63,943 nt of DNA, from positions 1-63,943 of the forward strand of contig JAATGR010000071.1 of NCBI GenBank assembly GCA_015654575.1, read 5' to 3'. Both the position numbers and the translations under genes were made by a program. Under the pieces are notes generated by a model. That model ran no database searches, was not told the DNA's origin, and saw only the letters and a list, made by a program, of their open reading frames with translations. The stretch comes from Actinomycetales bacterium (lineage in GTDB: Bacteria; Actinomycetota; Actinomycetes; Actinomycetales; Microbacteriaceae). Below are positions 47,055 to 56,766 of the stretch, in pieces. Positions within the stretch are counted from its first letter, which is position 1, and each line of letters opens with the position of its first letter.

Positions 47055-47573
47055 TCAGCGCGCCGTGACGAAGTGACGCGGCGGGCCCTCGAGTCGCGCG
47101 ATCGCGATCTTCGTCTCGGTCACCTCGTGTTGGAGCACGGTGAGGATCGACGTGAGGTCGCGCCCTTGGGCTTCGATCTTGGCCTCGAGCTTGCGGCCCT
47201 GGGCCTCGATCTTCGCTTCGATCTTGCGCCCTTGGGTCTCGATCTTGGCCTCGAGGTCTTGGCCCTGGGTGTCGATCTTGCGCCCTTGGGTGTCGATCTT
47301 GGCTTCGAGCTTGCGGCCCTGGGCCTCGATCTTCGCTTCGAGGTCGTGGCCCCGCACCGCGATCCTCTGCTCAAGGTCTCGGCCTTGCCCGGAGACCCTC
47401 GCCTCGAAGTCGCGCCCCTGGGCGTCGATCTTCGTCGCGAGACCGGCGAACTGCGCGTCCGACCGGTGGATCAGCCAGCCGAAGCCGCCGGCGAGGGTCG
47501 CCAGCAGCCCCGCGAATGCCACGATGGTGGCCATCAGCTCAACCGACACGTACACGTCCCCATTCTGCCTCAC
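47055..47573 (-). CDS. Membrane-anchored coiled-coil protein with 11-residue repeats
   Basis: Hydrophobic N-terminus, then about 9 repeats of type QGRKLEAKIEA (33-bp DNA unit). Confidence 0.7.
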   Translation of the reverse strand: MRQNGDVYVSVELMATIVAFAGLLATLAGGFGWLIHRSDAQFAGLATKIDAQGRDFEARVSGQGRDLEQRIAVRGHDLEAKIEAQGRKLEAKIDTQGRKIDTQGQDLEAKIETQGRKIEAKIEAQGRKLEAKIEAQGRDLTSILTVLQHEVTETKIAIARLEGPPRHFVTAR

Positions 47574-47671
47574 CGGGCATCATCCGTCTTCGAGCTCGCT
47601 ATCGGAGCTCTGCAGGGCACGGATGGATTCTCTCCGTGACCTCCGACATGCCGGGCGGGAGAGCGTGCGCC

Positions 47672-48094
47672 TCAGCTCGCGGACAGCGGCTCCGGCCGGC
47701 CGAGCACCTCGATGAGGTTGCCCTCCGGATCCGCGACGAAGGCCAGCCGCAGCCCGGACATGGGCGATGCGCCTGGCGCCGCGATCGGGACGGCGCCCGC
47801 CGCGAGCAGGGACGCGAAGGTCGCGTCGACGTCGGCCACCCGCAGGCAGAGATGCCCGTAGCCACGGGTGAGGATCGCGTCCGAGGGGTTCTTCGCCTGC
47901 AGCCCCGGCACGGACCCGGTGCGTTCCAGCAGCTCGATCGCCCAGCCGTCGGCAGCCACGAGGTACTGGGTCCGGACGCCGAGCGCCTCATTCCCCAGCG
48001 GCGGCAGCGCCGTCATCCCGAGCGCGGCGGCGTACCAGGACGCCTGCGCGTCCAGATCGCCGACCGAGAGGCCGATGTGGTCCAGGGCAGGCAT
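47672..48094 (-). CDS. VOC/glyoxalase family protein (single domain)
   Basis: LDHIGLSV, IELLE, GHLCLRV and DPEGNLIE. Confidence 0.85.
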   Translation of the reverse strand: MPALDHIGLSVGDLDAQASWYAAALGMTALPPLGNEALGVRTQYLVAADGWAIELLERTGSVPGLQAKNPSDAILTRGYGHLCLRVADVDATFASLLAAGAVPIAAPGASPMSGLRLAFVADPEGNLIEVLGRPEPLSAS

Positions 48095-48211
48095 GGGTCC
48101 TCCGGTGGAGCGGGGCGTCATCCGTGGGGCGGTACCCGCGGGTGCCGGTGCGAGTGGTGCGCCGGGCCCGACGTGAGGTATCGGGCCCGGCGGGTCTGTG
48201 GTCTCCGGGCG

Positions 48212-49390
48212 TCACGCCAGCTCGGCGAAGGTCTCCGCGATCCACCCGGCGGTGAACTCGCCGACGTAGGGCATGTTGTCCAGGCCGATGTGCTCGGCGC
48301 CGCCCTCCTCCTGGGTGAAGATCCGCAGCTCGCGCTTCGGGGAGTTCACCGCGGCCTCGTACTCGTCGTAGGCGTAGCGCACCGGGATCTGCCGGTCGCC
48401 CTCGCCGTGGGTGATCAGGAACGGCACGGTGACCTTGTCGACCACACCCTCCAGCCGCATGTGCCGGGTCTTGGCGAGGAAGTCATCGGCATCCGTCGCG
48501 CCGAACACCCAGTAGACGTGGTCCCAGTAGTGCGGCACCGGGTTCTCGCCCTCGCGGTTGCGGCGCGCCTCCTGCACCGCGGCCCAGTCGTAGTTCGCGC
48601 CCCAGGCGACCGCCAGCGAGATCCGCTTCTCGAACGCCGCCGCGCGCGGCACGTAGTAGCCGCCCAGCGACCAGCCGACCAGTCCCACCTTCGACGCGTC
48701 GACGCCCAGCTCCGCGGCGTTCTCCTCGATCCAGTCGATTGTGGCCGTGGCCCACACCTCGGTATCGTAGCGGGCGCGGAGGTCGCGCATGCGCAGCGCC
48801 TCGCCGGATCCGGGCGGGTCCATCATGAGGGTCGAGATGCCGCGGGCCGCGAGCTGTTGCGGGAACCCGGAGGTGTACATCATCTCCTTGGTCGAATCCA
48901 GGCCGTTCCACATCACGATGAGCGGATGCTGGCCGTCACCGGGCGCGCGGTAGAAGTAGCCCGGCAGGGCGGAGCCCTGCGGTGCGTCGTCGCCCGCGTA
49001 GGGCACGTCCACGGCGGTCAGCGGCACGCCGCCCAGCTCCACATGCGTCAGCAGCAGGTCGATCGACTTCTGGTACGCGGCCTTGCGTCCCTCCCAGGCG
49101 GGCGACTGCAGGCGCTCGGCCTGCGAGGTGTACAGCGCCGCCCGGTAGTACTTGTCGGCCGCGCTCGCGGTCCAGCCGCGAGCCCGGTCGGTCTCGGCCG
49201 CGGCGAGCAGTCGGTCGGCGACGGCCTGCCACGAGCCGTACAGCAGCTCGGTGCCGACGTCGTCGCCGTGCTGGGAGGCCTCCAGCACCGGACGCGAGGC
49301 CTTGTCGACGTCGTCGATGAGCCCGCCGTTGTTCAGCGTCGCGACGACCGACATGCTCCAGACGTAGTTGGTGGGGAAGTACATGTACAT
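48212..49390 (-). CDS. Alpha/beta hydrolase (2,6-dihydroxypseudooxynicotine hydrolase-like)
   Basis: NGLDSTKE, PGSGEALR, GWSLGGYY, HGEGDRQ and GGAEH. Confidence 0.82.
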   Translation of the reverse strand: MYMYFPTNYVWSMSVVATLNNGGLIDDVDKASRPVLEASQHGDDVGTELLYGSWQAVADRLLAAAETDRARGWTASAADKYYRAALYTSQAERLQSPAWEGRKAAYQKSIDLLLTHVELGGVPLTAVDVPYAGDDAPQGSALPGYFYRAPGDGQHPLIVMWNGLDSTKEMMYTSGFPQQLAARGISTLMMDPPGSGEALRMRDLRARYDTEVWATATIDWIEENAAELGVDASKVGLVGWSLGGYYVPRAAAFEKRISLAVAWGANYDWAAVQEARRNREGENPVPHYWDHVYWVFGATDADDFLAKTRHMRLEGVVDKVTVPFLITHGEGDRQIPVRYAYDEYEAAVNSPKRELRIFTQEEGGAEHIGLDNMPYVGEFTAGWIAETFAELA

Positions 49391-49399
49391 GCGGTGCTC

Positions 49400-50203
49400 C
49401 TAGGAGGTCTCGGACCGGACGGCATCCGACAGATACGTCGCGACGCCCGACAGCAGCTGGCCGCCATCGACGCCGACCTCGGCGCCGGTGACGTAGGAGG
49501 CGGCATCCGACAGCAGGAAGACCACGACGTTCGCGACCTCCTCCGGCTGCCCGCCGCGGTGCAGCGGCGAGACGGCCTCGTTCGCGGCGAGGAAGGCGGT
49601 GGGCGCGTTCTTGGTCATCGCGGTGTGGATGTAGCCGGGGTGCACGAGGTTGACCCGGATGCCGCGCGGGCCGAGCTCCGTCGCGCAGGAGTGCGATAGC
49701 CCGCGGATCGCCCACTTGCTGGTCGTGTAGGCCGCCGTGTAGTGGCCCGTCACGCCCGCGGCGGAGCCGATGTTGACGATCGAGGATCCCCGGCCCAGAT
49801 GCGGGAGCAGGGTCTGGATGCCCAGCATCGGACCGGTCACGTTGATCGCGAGGACGCGGTCCCAGTCGTCCCGTACGACGGCGCCGATGCGGGTGCGCTG
49901 GGTGACGCCGGCGTTGTTGACCAGGCCCTTCACGGCGCGGCCGTCGAGGGAGTCGGCCAGTGCCTGCCACGCGGCCTCGTCGGTGACGTCGAGCCGGCGG
50001 TAGGCGACGGTTCCGGCAAGGTCCGCGGCGGCGGCCAGTAGCTCCGGGGCGTCCTCACGGACGTCGGCGGCGATGACATCCGCGCCGTTCGCGGCGAGCA
50101 GCAGCGCCTCCTGAGCGCCCTGACCGCCGGCGGCCCCGGTGATGACGAACAGGTTGCCCTCGATGCCCGGGAGTCGCATCGCTGCGCTCGTGATCGCGTT
50201 CAC
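49400..50203 (-). CDS. SDR family oxidoreductase
   Basis: TGAAGGQG, NNAG and YTTSK; GTGA overlap (alternative ATG at 50179). Confidence 0.88.
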   Translation of the reverse strand: MNAITSAAMRLPGIEGNLFVITGAAGGQGAQEALLLAANGADVIAADVREDAPELLAAAADLAGTVAYRRLDVTDEAAWQALADSLDGRAVKGLVNNAGVTQRTRIGAVVRDDWDRVLAINVTGPMLGIQTLLPHLGRGSSIVNIGSAAGVTGHYTAAYTTSKWAIRGLSHSCATELGPRGIRVNLVHPGYIHTAMTKNAPTAFLAANEAVSPLHRGGQPEEVANVVVFLLSDAASYVTGAEVGVDGGQLLSGVATYLSDAVRSETS

Positions 50204-50619
50204 GCGGAGACCGGGCCCTGGCGGTCGAGCAGCTCGATGAAGTTGCCCTCGGGGTCGGTCACGAAGGCGAAGCCGGAGTCGGGCTCCGGTGACGGGGCGG
50301 GTTCGGTCACGACGGTGGCGCCGGCGGCGACCAACCGGTCGAAGGTGCCCGCCAGATCCGTCACGCGGAAGCAGATGTGGCCCCAGCCCTGCGCCAGCAG
50401 CTCGTCGGGCGGCGAGGTCGCCGGCGTCCGGTGGGTGGATCCCCGGCGTTCCAGCAGCTCGATGGCGATGCCGTCGGGGCCGAGCAGGAACACGCCCCGC
50501 AGTCCGACCGGGGCGATCTCGAAGGGGTTCGCCGAGTCGAAGCCGAACGCCCTCTGGTACCAGTCCCGCTGTGCGTCGAGGTCCTGCACGGACAGCCCGA
50601 CGTGGTCGACATGCATCAT
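50200..50619 (-). CDS. VOC/glyoxalase family protein (paralog of 47672-48094)
   Basis: VDHVGLSV, IELLER, GHICFRV and DPEGNFIE. Confidence 0.85.
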   Translation of the reverse strand: MMHVDHVGLSVQDLDAQRDWYQRAFGFDSANPFEIAPVGLRGVFLLGPDGIAIELLERRGSTHRTPATSPPDELLAQGWGHICFRVTDLAGTFDRLVAAGATVVTEPAPSPEPDSGFAFVTDPEGNFIELLDRQGPVSA

Positions 50620-51206
50620 TCATCTGCTCCGTTCTTGGGGTGCGCACCGCCGGGGCCGTCATGCGGCCCGTGGGTCATGAGGGCGGCGTGGACGTCGGCG
50701 GGGAGCAGGTCGAGCAGCTCCGGCGCGAACTCGCCGTCGATGAGGATGAAAGCCACCCGGCACACCTGGTCGGTGCGGTTGGCCCAGGCGTGGTCCGTGC
50801 CACGCTGGATCGCGATGTCGCCCGCTTTCAGGGTGACCTCGCTGTCGTCGAGGATGAGCACGATCTCCCCCTCCAGCACGATGCCGTAGTCGACCGACTG
50901 CGTACGGTGCACGGGAGACTGGCGGCCCTCCGGGCCGACATGGCCGGGGAAGAACTCGTTGACGCGAATCTTGGTGCCGCGCGCCGGCGGAGGCACCCGG
51001 ATCGACCCGACGGTCGGGTCACCCTCGTCGGGCACGATCGGGGCGGGGGCGCCCTCGGTCTGCCACACCTCGGAGAAGCCGACACCGTCCTGCGGCATGA
51101 ACCGGTGCACCGGCACGAGGCCGTCGGACACCACCACCGAGACGCCGTCGACGTTGTGCCCCGTCACCACGCGGCGGGGCACGGAGAGGGAACCGGACTC
51201 GCTCAC
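50616..51206 (-). CDS. Cupin domain protein
   Basis: RRVVTGH, HRTQSVDYGIVLEGE and QRGTDHAWANR. Confidence 0.85.
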   Translation of the reverse strand: MSESGSLSVPRRVVTGHNVDGVSVVVSDGLVPVHRFMPQDGVGFSEVWQTEGAPAPIVPDEGDPTVGSIRVPPPARGTKIRVNEFFPGHVGPEGRQSPVHRTQSVDYGIVLEGEIVLILDDSEVTLKAGDIAIQRGTDHAWANRTDQVCRVAFILIDGEFAPELLDLLPADVHAALMTHGPHDGPGGAHPKNGADE

Positions 51207-52333
51207 GGTGCCGGCACCAGTGCGGCGAGGGCGCCCGCCATGACGGGGCCGGGCTCGGCATCCGGGGATCCCGGGTTCTGCTCCCAGTGCGCCAGCTGCA
51301 GCGACGCGTCCACGACGCCCTTGATGCGGGGGATGCGGCGGGCGTAGAACTCCGCCAGCTGCTCCTCCCAGTCGCCCTCCGCGGTCACGTACTCCGCGAA
51401 CAGCAGCGAGTCCTCCACGCACTGCGCGGCGCCCTGCGCGATCAGCGGCGGCACCGCGTGCACGACCTCGCCCAGCGCGACCACCCGGCCCCGATGCCAC
51501 GGGCCCTCGACGAAGATCCACTCAATCTCCTGGAAGTTCAGGAACGTGTCCTCATCGATCGACTCGCGCAGGTGGTCGAACTGGCCGTGGAAGTTCGCCA
51601 TCAGACGCTTGACCTCCTGCCAGCCGTCGAGCCCGTTGTCCACGCGCTCGGGACGGCACAGCACGAACACGTAGCATTGGTCGGCGCTGACCGGCGTGTA
51701 GCCGACCTTGTAGGCGCCGCCGTCGTCCGCGTCGGGGTAGGCGATGCCGCCGGTCATCTCCGGCAGGCGCGAGGTCACCGCGCGCCAGATGCCCAGGCCG
51801 CTCGGCGCCCGGTCCTCGGCGATGCCGAGCGTCGGACGGGTCGGCGACTTGATGCCCTCGGCGATGACGATGGCGTCCCAGGTCTCGGTCGTGCCGTCCG
51901 AGAGCACCGAGGTCGCGGAGTCCGGAACGGTCTCATAGGACACGAGCTCGCGTCCGAGACGGATCTCGACGCCCAGCGACTCCGCCTTGGCGACGAGGAT
52001 CTCGTGCAGGTCGGGGCGCAGCGCGCCGATCGTGGCGGGCAGATCATCGCCGCCGGTGCGCGGGGTGGGGATCTGGGTCATGACCCGGCCGTCGGCGAAG
52101 TACAGGGTGACGGCGTTGACGGCCTGTCCCGCCGCGAGGACCTCGTCGATGACGCCGATCTCCTCGAAGACCCGCAGTGCGTTGCCCTGGATCGTCAGCC
52201 CGTGACCGACGCGTGCCCATGCCGGTGCGCGATCGACGAGGGTGATGTGCCCCACCCCGCGCTGCGCCAGCGCGATCGCCGCCGTCAGCCCGGTGAAGCC
52301 GCCGCCGACGATGAGTACGTTCCGAATCGACAT
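51203..52333 (-). CDS. FAD-dependent aromatic monooxygenase (group A, FdeE-like)
   Basis: IVGGGFTG, PWHRGRVVALG and PLIAQGAAQCVED. Confidence 0.85.
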   Translation of the reverse strand: MSIRNVLIVGGGFTGLTAAIALAQRGVGHITLVDRAPAWARVGHGLTIQGNALRVFEEIGVIDEVLAAGQAVNAVTLYFADGRVMTQIPTPRTGGDDLPATIGALRPDLHEILVAKAESLGVEIRLGRELVSYETVPDSATSVLSDGTTETWDAIVIAEGIKSPTRPTLGIAEDRAPSGLGIWRAVTSRLPEMTGGIAYPDADDGGAYKVGYTPVSADQCYVFVLCRPERVDNGLDGWQEVKRLMANFHGQFDHLRESIDEDTFLNFQEIEWIFVEGPWHRGRVVALGEVVHAVPPLIAQGAAQCVEDSLLFAEYVTAEGDWEEQLAEFYARRIPRIKGVVDASLQLAHWEQNPGSPDAEPGPVMAGALAALVPAP

Positions 52334-52437
52334 CCTCGTCCCCTTGTTCCCTGATGCGACTTCGCATCCACCGGACGACGCTACGGGCGCGTGCGCATCG
52401 CCACCACTGGTCGTCCGCGATGCTAGCTATCGAGCAA

Positions 52438-52743
52438 TCACGCGGGGAGCATGCCGGACTCGAGCGTCTGTGTGGCACGGCCGCGGAACCAGACGTGCGC
52501 CGGGTCCTGGGCGTGGGCCGGATGCCATCACGGGCGCAGGATCAACTCAAGCGTCGCCAGCTCGTCATCGCGGCCCACGCGCACCCGCAGCTCGTGGTGG
52601 AACAGCGTGCGCAGCCGCGACAGCGCGGATGACATCGTCGACTGCCCGAGACCGAGCCGCGCGCCGGCGTGCGTGACGTTCGTCTCCTCCAGGAGGGCGC
52701 GCAGGGCCACAAGCAGGTTGAGATCCGGGTCGCCGCTGGCCAC
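52438..52743 (-). pseudogene. Internally deleted LysR regulator remnant
   Basis: HTH DLNLLVALRALLEETNVT joined in frame to the LysR C-terminus (stop)WHPAHAQDPAHVWFR; effector domain missing; TGA at 52528-52530. Confidence 0.8.
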
Positions 52744-52847
52744 AGATGCATGGTATCCGGACGGAGCATGGCCATCGGCGCCGACGTCGTCCTACGCTCG
52801 GAGGGTCGCACCCTGTGCGCCACCGACATCAGCAAGAAAGGTCGACG

Positions 52848-53783
52848 ATGACTGACCGTCTCGTGTCCCACCTGCGCTACGGCGCGCTCGCGGTCCCCAA
52901 CTTCGACGAGGAGCGCGAGTTCTTCACCCGCCACTGGGGACTCACAGAGGTCCACGGCGAGGACGGCCTGAGCTATCTCGCCGCCGAGGGCTCGGCTGAG
53001 CCCTTCATCCTCCGGCTGCGCCGCGACGACAAGCGTGTCGACCTCGCCGGTTTCGGAGTGCGCGACCGCGCCGACGTCGACGCCCTGGCCGCGAAGCTCC
53101 ATGCCGAGGACGTGCGGTTCGTGCACGAGCCGCAGAAGCTGACCGGGTTCAGCGGCGGGTACGGCTTCCGTGTCTTCGACATCGACGGCCGCGTGCTCGA
53201 GTTCTCCACCGGATACCGCACACGCGAGGCGCGGAAGATCCGCGAGCGGGAGCCCATCCCGGCGAAGCTGTCGCACATGGTGTTCAACTCGGAGGATCTG
53301 AACCGGACCGCGCAGTGGTACATCGACCACCTCGACTTCACGATCTCCGACTCGCTGGTGCGTCCCGACGGTGTCGAGATGATGCACTTCCTGCGCTGCA
53401 ACACGAACCACCACTCGATCGCGATCGCGGTGGGCCCGCACCATTCGCTGCACCACCTGTCGTTCGAGATGCGCGGCATCGAGGAGTGGATCCGGGGCTC
53501 CGGCAAGATCCTGCGCTCCGGCGCCCGCATGGTGTGGGGACCCGGTCGGCACAACGCCGGCGACAACACGTTCGCGTACTTCCTCGATCCTGCGGGCAAC
53601 ACGATCGAGTACACCACCGAGCTCGCGATCCTCGATGAGGAGACCTGGGAAGCGCACCGCCACGACATCAGCCACCTGTCCACGCAGGACCAGTGGGGGA
53701 CGGCGCAGGAGATGAGCGAGCTCGTCGCGCGGGAGTCGTTCAACGACATCGACAAGGGACTGTTCGTCGCCCCGCCGGTCTGA
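52848..53783 (+). CDS. Two-domain VOC extradiol ring-cleavage dioxygenase-like protein
   Basis: LSHMVF, HHSIA, LHHLSFE, WGPGRHNAGDNTFAYFLDP and IEYTTE. Confidence 0.85.
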   Translation: MTDRLVSHLRYGALAVPNFDEEREFFTRHWGLTEVHGEDGLSYLAAEGSAEPFILRLRRDDKRVDLAGFGVRDRADVDALAAKLHAEDVRFVHEPQKLTGFSGGYGFRVFDIDGRVLEFSTGYRTREARKIREREPIPAKLSHMVFNSEDLNRTAQWYIDHLDFTISDSLVRPDGVEMMHFLRCNTNHHSIAIAVGPHHSLHHLSFEMRGIEEWIRGSGKILRSGARMVWGPGRHNAGDNTFAYFLDPAGNTIEYTTELAILDEETWEAHRHDISHLSTQDQWGTAQEMSELVARESFNDIDKGLFVAPPV

Positions 53784-53822
53784 CCCGGATCCTGTGCGCG
53801 CCGATCGGAGAGACTGGGAGAA

Positions 53823-54347
53823 ATGACACGCATCCACTTCGCCGCCGACCATGGTGGCTATGAGCTCGGTCGGGTGCTGGAGACGCGCGCCCGGACCGCC
53901 GGATTCGAGGCCGTCTGGCACGGCGCCGAGGAGCTGGATCCCGGCGACGACTACCCGGGGTTCGCGGTCCGCGTCGGCACGGCGGTGATCGAAGACCAGG
54001 ACGCCGCTGTCAACGCCTTCGGCGTGCTCGTGTTCGGTGAGCCGGAGGCCGGGGCGGTCGCTGCGAACAAGGTCGCCGGCGTGCGCGCGGTCACCACCTC
54101 GTCGCCGCGCACCTCAGGGAGGCTGCGCGGGATCGTCGACGCGAACGTGCTCGTGATCGACGGCGTCGCCTGGCCGGAGAGCGCGTGGCTGACGCTCTAC
54201 GCCTTCGTCACCGCGGAGGGCGCCGCCACGGTCGAGCGCGGTCGCCAGATCCTGCAGATCGAGGAGTATGAGACGGCGGGGACAATCGAGGGGTGGGCGG
54301 TGCAGCTCGAGCCCGAGCAGATCCACCGCTCCTACGACAACGACTGA
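53823..54347 (+). CDS. RpiB/LacAB-like protein, degenerate active site
   Basis: AADHGGYEL, DDYP, AANKVAGVRA and DANVL. Confidence 0.7.
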   Translation: MTRIHFAADHGGYELGRVLETRARTAGFEAVWHGAEELDPGDDYPGFAVRVGTAVIEDQDAAVNAFGVLVFGEPEAGAVAANKVAGVRAVTTSSPRTSGRLRGIVDANVLVIDGVAWPESAWLTLYAFVTAEGAATVERGRQILQIEEYETAGTIEGWAVQLEPEQIHRSYDND

Positions 54348-54366
54348 GAATGGCAAGGAGAACCGC

Positions 54367-55281
54367 ATGAGCCGTGTTGCGCTGTATGACCGGACCGGAG
54401 GTCCGGAGGTCCTCTACATCGGAGAGGTCGCCGACCCGCAGCCCGGGCCGGGACACGTCCTGCTGCGGGTCGGGGCGGCGGGTCTGAACCCCTTCGACAG
54501 CAAGCTGCGTGGCGGTTTCATCCCCTCGGACGCCCCCTTCCCCCGCCGCATCGGCGGCGACGTCGCCGGCACGGTGGAGGCCGTCGGCGACGGCGCCCGC
54601 TACGCCGACGGCACGCCTATCGCTGTGGGCGACGAAGTGCTCGGTCACGCGAACGGCTCGGTCGCCGAGCGAGTCGTGGCCTCGGCATCCGAGCTCGCCC
54701 GTCGCCCGGAGCAGCTGCCGGTCGAGGTCGCCGGGGGCCTGTGGGTCGCCGGACTCACCGCGGTCTCGTGCCTGGTGACCGTGCCGGTCGGCGCAGGTGA
54801 CACCGCGCTCATCGGCGGTGCGGCCGGCGGGGTCGGGTTCGTCGCCGCGCAGCTCGCCGTCGCGGCGGGCGCTCGCGTGATCGGCACCGCGAGCGAGCGC
54901 AACCACGAGCTGCTGCGCTCGGTCGGCGTGGAGCCGGTGACCTACGGCGACGGCCTCGCGGACCGCGTGGCCGCGCTCGGTCAGATCACCGCCGTCGTCG
55001 ACACACACGGTCGTGACGCTCTCGACGCCGGCGTCCGGCTCGGCGTCCCGGTGGAGCGGATGGTCGCGATCGCCGCCTACGACGCGGTCGGCGAGCTCGG
55101 CGTCCACAACGCGGAGAGGGCGGCCCGCACGCCGGTGAACCTCGCGAAGCTCGCCGACGATATCGCCGCCGGCCGGCTCGTGTTCCCGGTCGCAGCGACG
55201 TACCCGCTCGACGAGGTGGTCGCCGCGTTCGCCGCGGTGGACGCGTCCCACGCGCCGGGCAAGATCGTCGTCGTCCCCTGA
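54367..55281 (+). CDS. NADPH:quinone oxidoreductase-type MDR
   Basis: GGPEVL, GLNPFD, GAAGGVG and PGKIV. Confidence 0.88.
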   Translation: MSRVALYDRTGGPEVLYIGEVADPQPGPGHVLLRVGAAGLNPFDSKLRGGFIPSDAPFPRRIGGDVAGTVEAVGDGARYADGTPIAVGDEVLGHANGSVAERVVASASELARRPEQLPVEVAGGLWVAGLTAVSCLVTVPVGAGDTALIGGAAGGVGFVAAQLAVAAGARVIGTASERNHELLRSVGVEPVTYGDGLADRVAALGQITAVVDTHGRDALDAGVRLGVPVERMVAIAAYDAVGELGVHNAERAARTPVNLAKLADDIAAGRLVFPVAATYPLDEVVAAFAAVDASHAPGKIVVVP

Positions 55282-55312
55282 GCGGCGGGGGCCGTGGCCC
55301 TCGGCCCGGGTC

Positions 55313-55363
55313 ATGTCCCCTTCGGACCGCTGCGAGACTTTCCACGCGGTCCGAAGGGAACAT
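55313..55363. repeat. REP-like palindromic element, family C, copy 2
   Basis: ATGTCCCCTTCGGACCGC ... GCGGTCCGAAGGGAACAT between convergent genes. Confidence 0.75.
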
Positions 55364-55389
55364 CCTCAGCAGGATGAGGGACGGGCGGG

Positions 55390-56766
55390 TCAGCCGCGCC
55401 AGACCGTCTTCAGGTTGCAGAACTCACGGATGCCGACGGCCGCCAGCTCGCGCCCGACACCCGAGTCCTTCACGCCGCCGAACGGCAGCTCCGGGTACGA
55501 CGCGGTCATGCCGTTGACGAACACGGCACCGGCATCCAATCCGCGAATGAACCAGTCCTGCTCCTCGGCGTCGTTGGTCCACACGGCCGAGCTCAGGCCG
55601 AAGGTCGTGCCGTTCGCGATCCGCAGCGCCTCCTCGCGGTCAGCGGCGCGGTAGACGGTCGCGACCGGGCCGAAGGCCTCCTCGAGGTGCAGGCGCATCG
55701 CCGGGGTGACGTCGGTGAGCACGGTGGGCTGGTAGAACCAGCCGTCGCGATCGGGGACGAAGCCGCCGACCAGCGCCGTCGCACCCTTGGCGACGGCGTC
55801 TGCCACCTGGCCCTCCAGCTCGTCGCGACCCGACTCGGTGGCGACCGGGCCGACGTCGGTCGTCTCATCGAGGGGATCGCCGACCGTGAGTGCCGCGACC
55901 TTCTCCGCGAACAGGCGGGTGAACTCGTCGTAGACGTCGGCGTGCACGATGAACCGCTTCGCGGCGATGCATGACTGCCCGTTGTTCTGGTTGCGGGCGG
56001 TGACCGCGACCGATGCCGCCTTCTCGATGTCGGCGCTGGGCATCACCACGAAGGGATCCGATCCGCCGAGCTCGAGCACGACGTGCTTGACCTCGGAACC
56101 AGCGATCGAGGCGAGCGAACGCCCGGCCGGTTCCGATCCGGTGAGAGTCGCCGCCTTCACCCGAGGATCGCGTAGCACGCCCTCGACCCGGGAAGCGGGG
56201 ATGAGCAGCGTGCCGAAGGCCCCCGCGGGGAATCCCGCCCGCTCGAACAGGGTGTCGAGATACAGCGCCGCCTGCGGCACGTTCGAGGCGTGCTTGAGCA
56301 GCCCGGCGTTGCCGGCCATCAGGGCCGGGCCCGCGAAGCGCAGCACCTGCCACAGCGGGTAGTTCCACGGCATGACCGCCAGCACGATGCCGATCGGCGC
56401 GTAGACGGTGCCGGCTGAGGAAGCGCCCACGAGCGAGGGATCGGTCAGCTGCTCGGGCGCGAGGAACTCCTCGGCGTGGTCGGCGTAGTAGCGCAGGCCC
56501 TTGGCCGACTTGAGCACCTCGGCGCGGGCTGCCTTGATCGGGCGGCCCATCTCAATCGTGATGAGACGGCCGAGCTGCGGGGCGTCCTCCTCCAGGAGGC
56601 GTGCGGCCTCCCGCATCCATTCCGCGCGCTGCGCAAAGGTCGTGGAGCGGAGCGCTTCGAACCCGGACTGTGCGGCGGCGATCCGCCGCTCGATCTCGGC
56701 GTCGTCGTGCGGCTCGAACTCCTGCTCGACCAGCCCGGTGAACGGGTTGATGGTGGCGATGGCCAT
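55390..56766 (-). CDS. NADP-dependent succinate-semialdehyde dehydrogenase-type aldehyde dehydrogenase
   Basis: VMPWNYP, LKHAS, LELGGSDPF, GQSCIAAKR, EEAFGP and PFGGVKDSG. Confidence 0.9.
   Translation of the reverse strand: MAIATINPFTGLVEQEFEPHDDAEIERRIAAAQSGFEALRSTTFAQRAEWMREAARLLEEDAPQLGRLITIEMGRPIKAARAEVLKSAKGLRYYADHAEEFLAPEQLTDPSLVGASSAGTVYAPIGIVLAVMPWNYPLWQVLRFAGPALMAGNAGLLKHASNVPQAALYLDTLFERAGFPAGAFGTLLIPASRVEGVLRDPRVKAATLTGSEPAGRSLASIAGSEVKHVVLELGGSDPFVVMPSADIEKAASVAVTARNQNNGQSCIAAKRFIVHADVYDEFTRLFAEKVAALTVGDPLDETTDVGPVATESGRDELEGQVADAVAKGATALVGGFVPDRDGWFYQPTVLTDVTPAMRLHLEEAFGPVATVYRAADREEALRIANGTTFGLSSAVWTNDAEEQDWFIRGLDAGAVFVNGMTASYPELPFGGVKDSGVGRELAAVGIREFCNLKTVWRG

Noticed and set aside
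47160-47430. 33-bp tandem repeats as CRISPR or non-coding satellite
   Set aside because: Contiguous in-frame coding repeats with no spacers.
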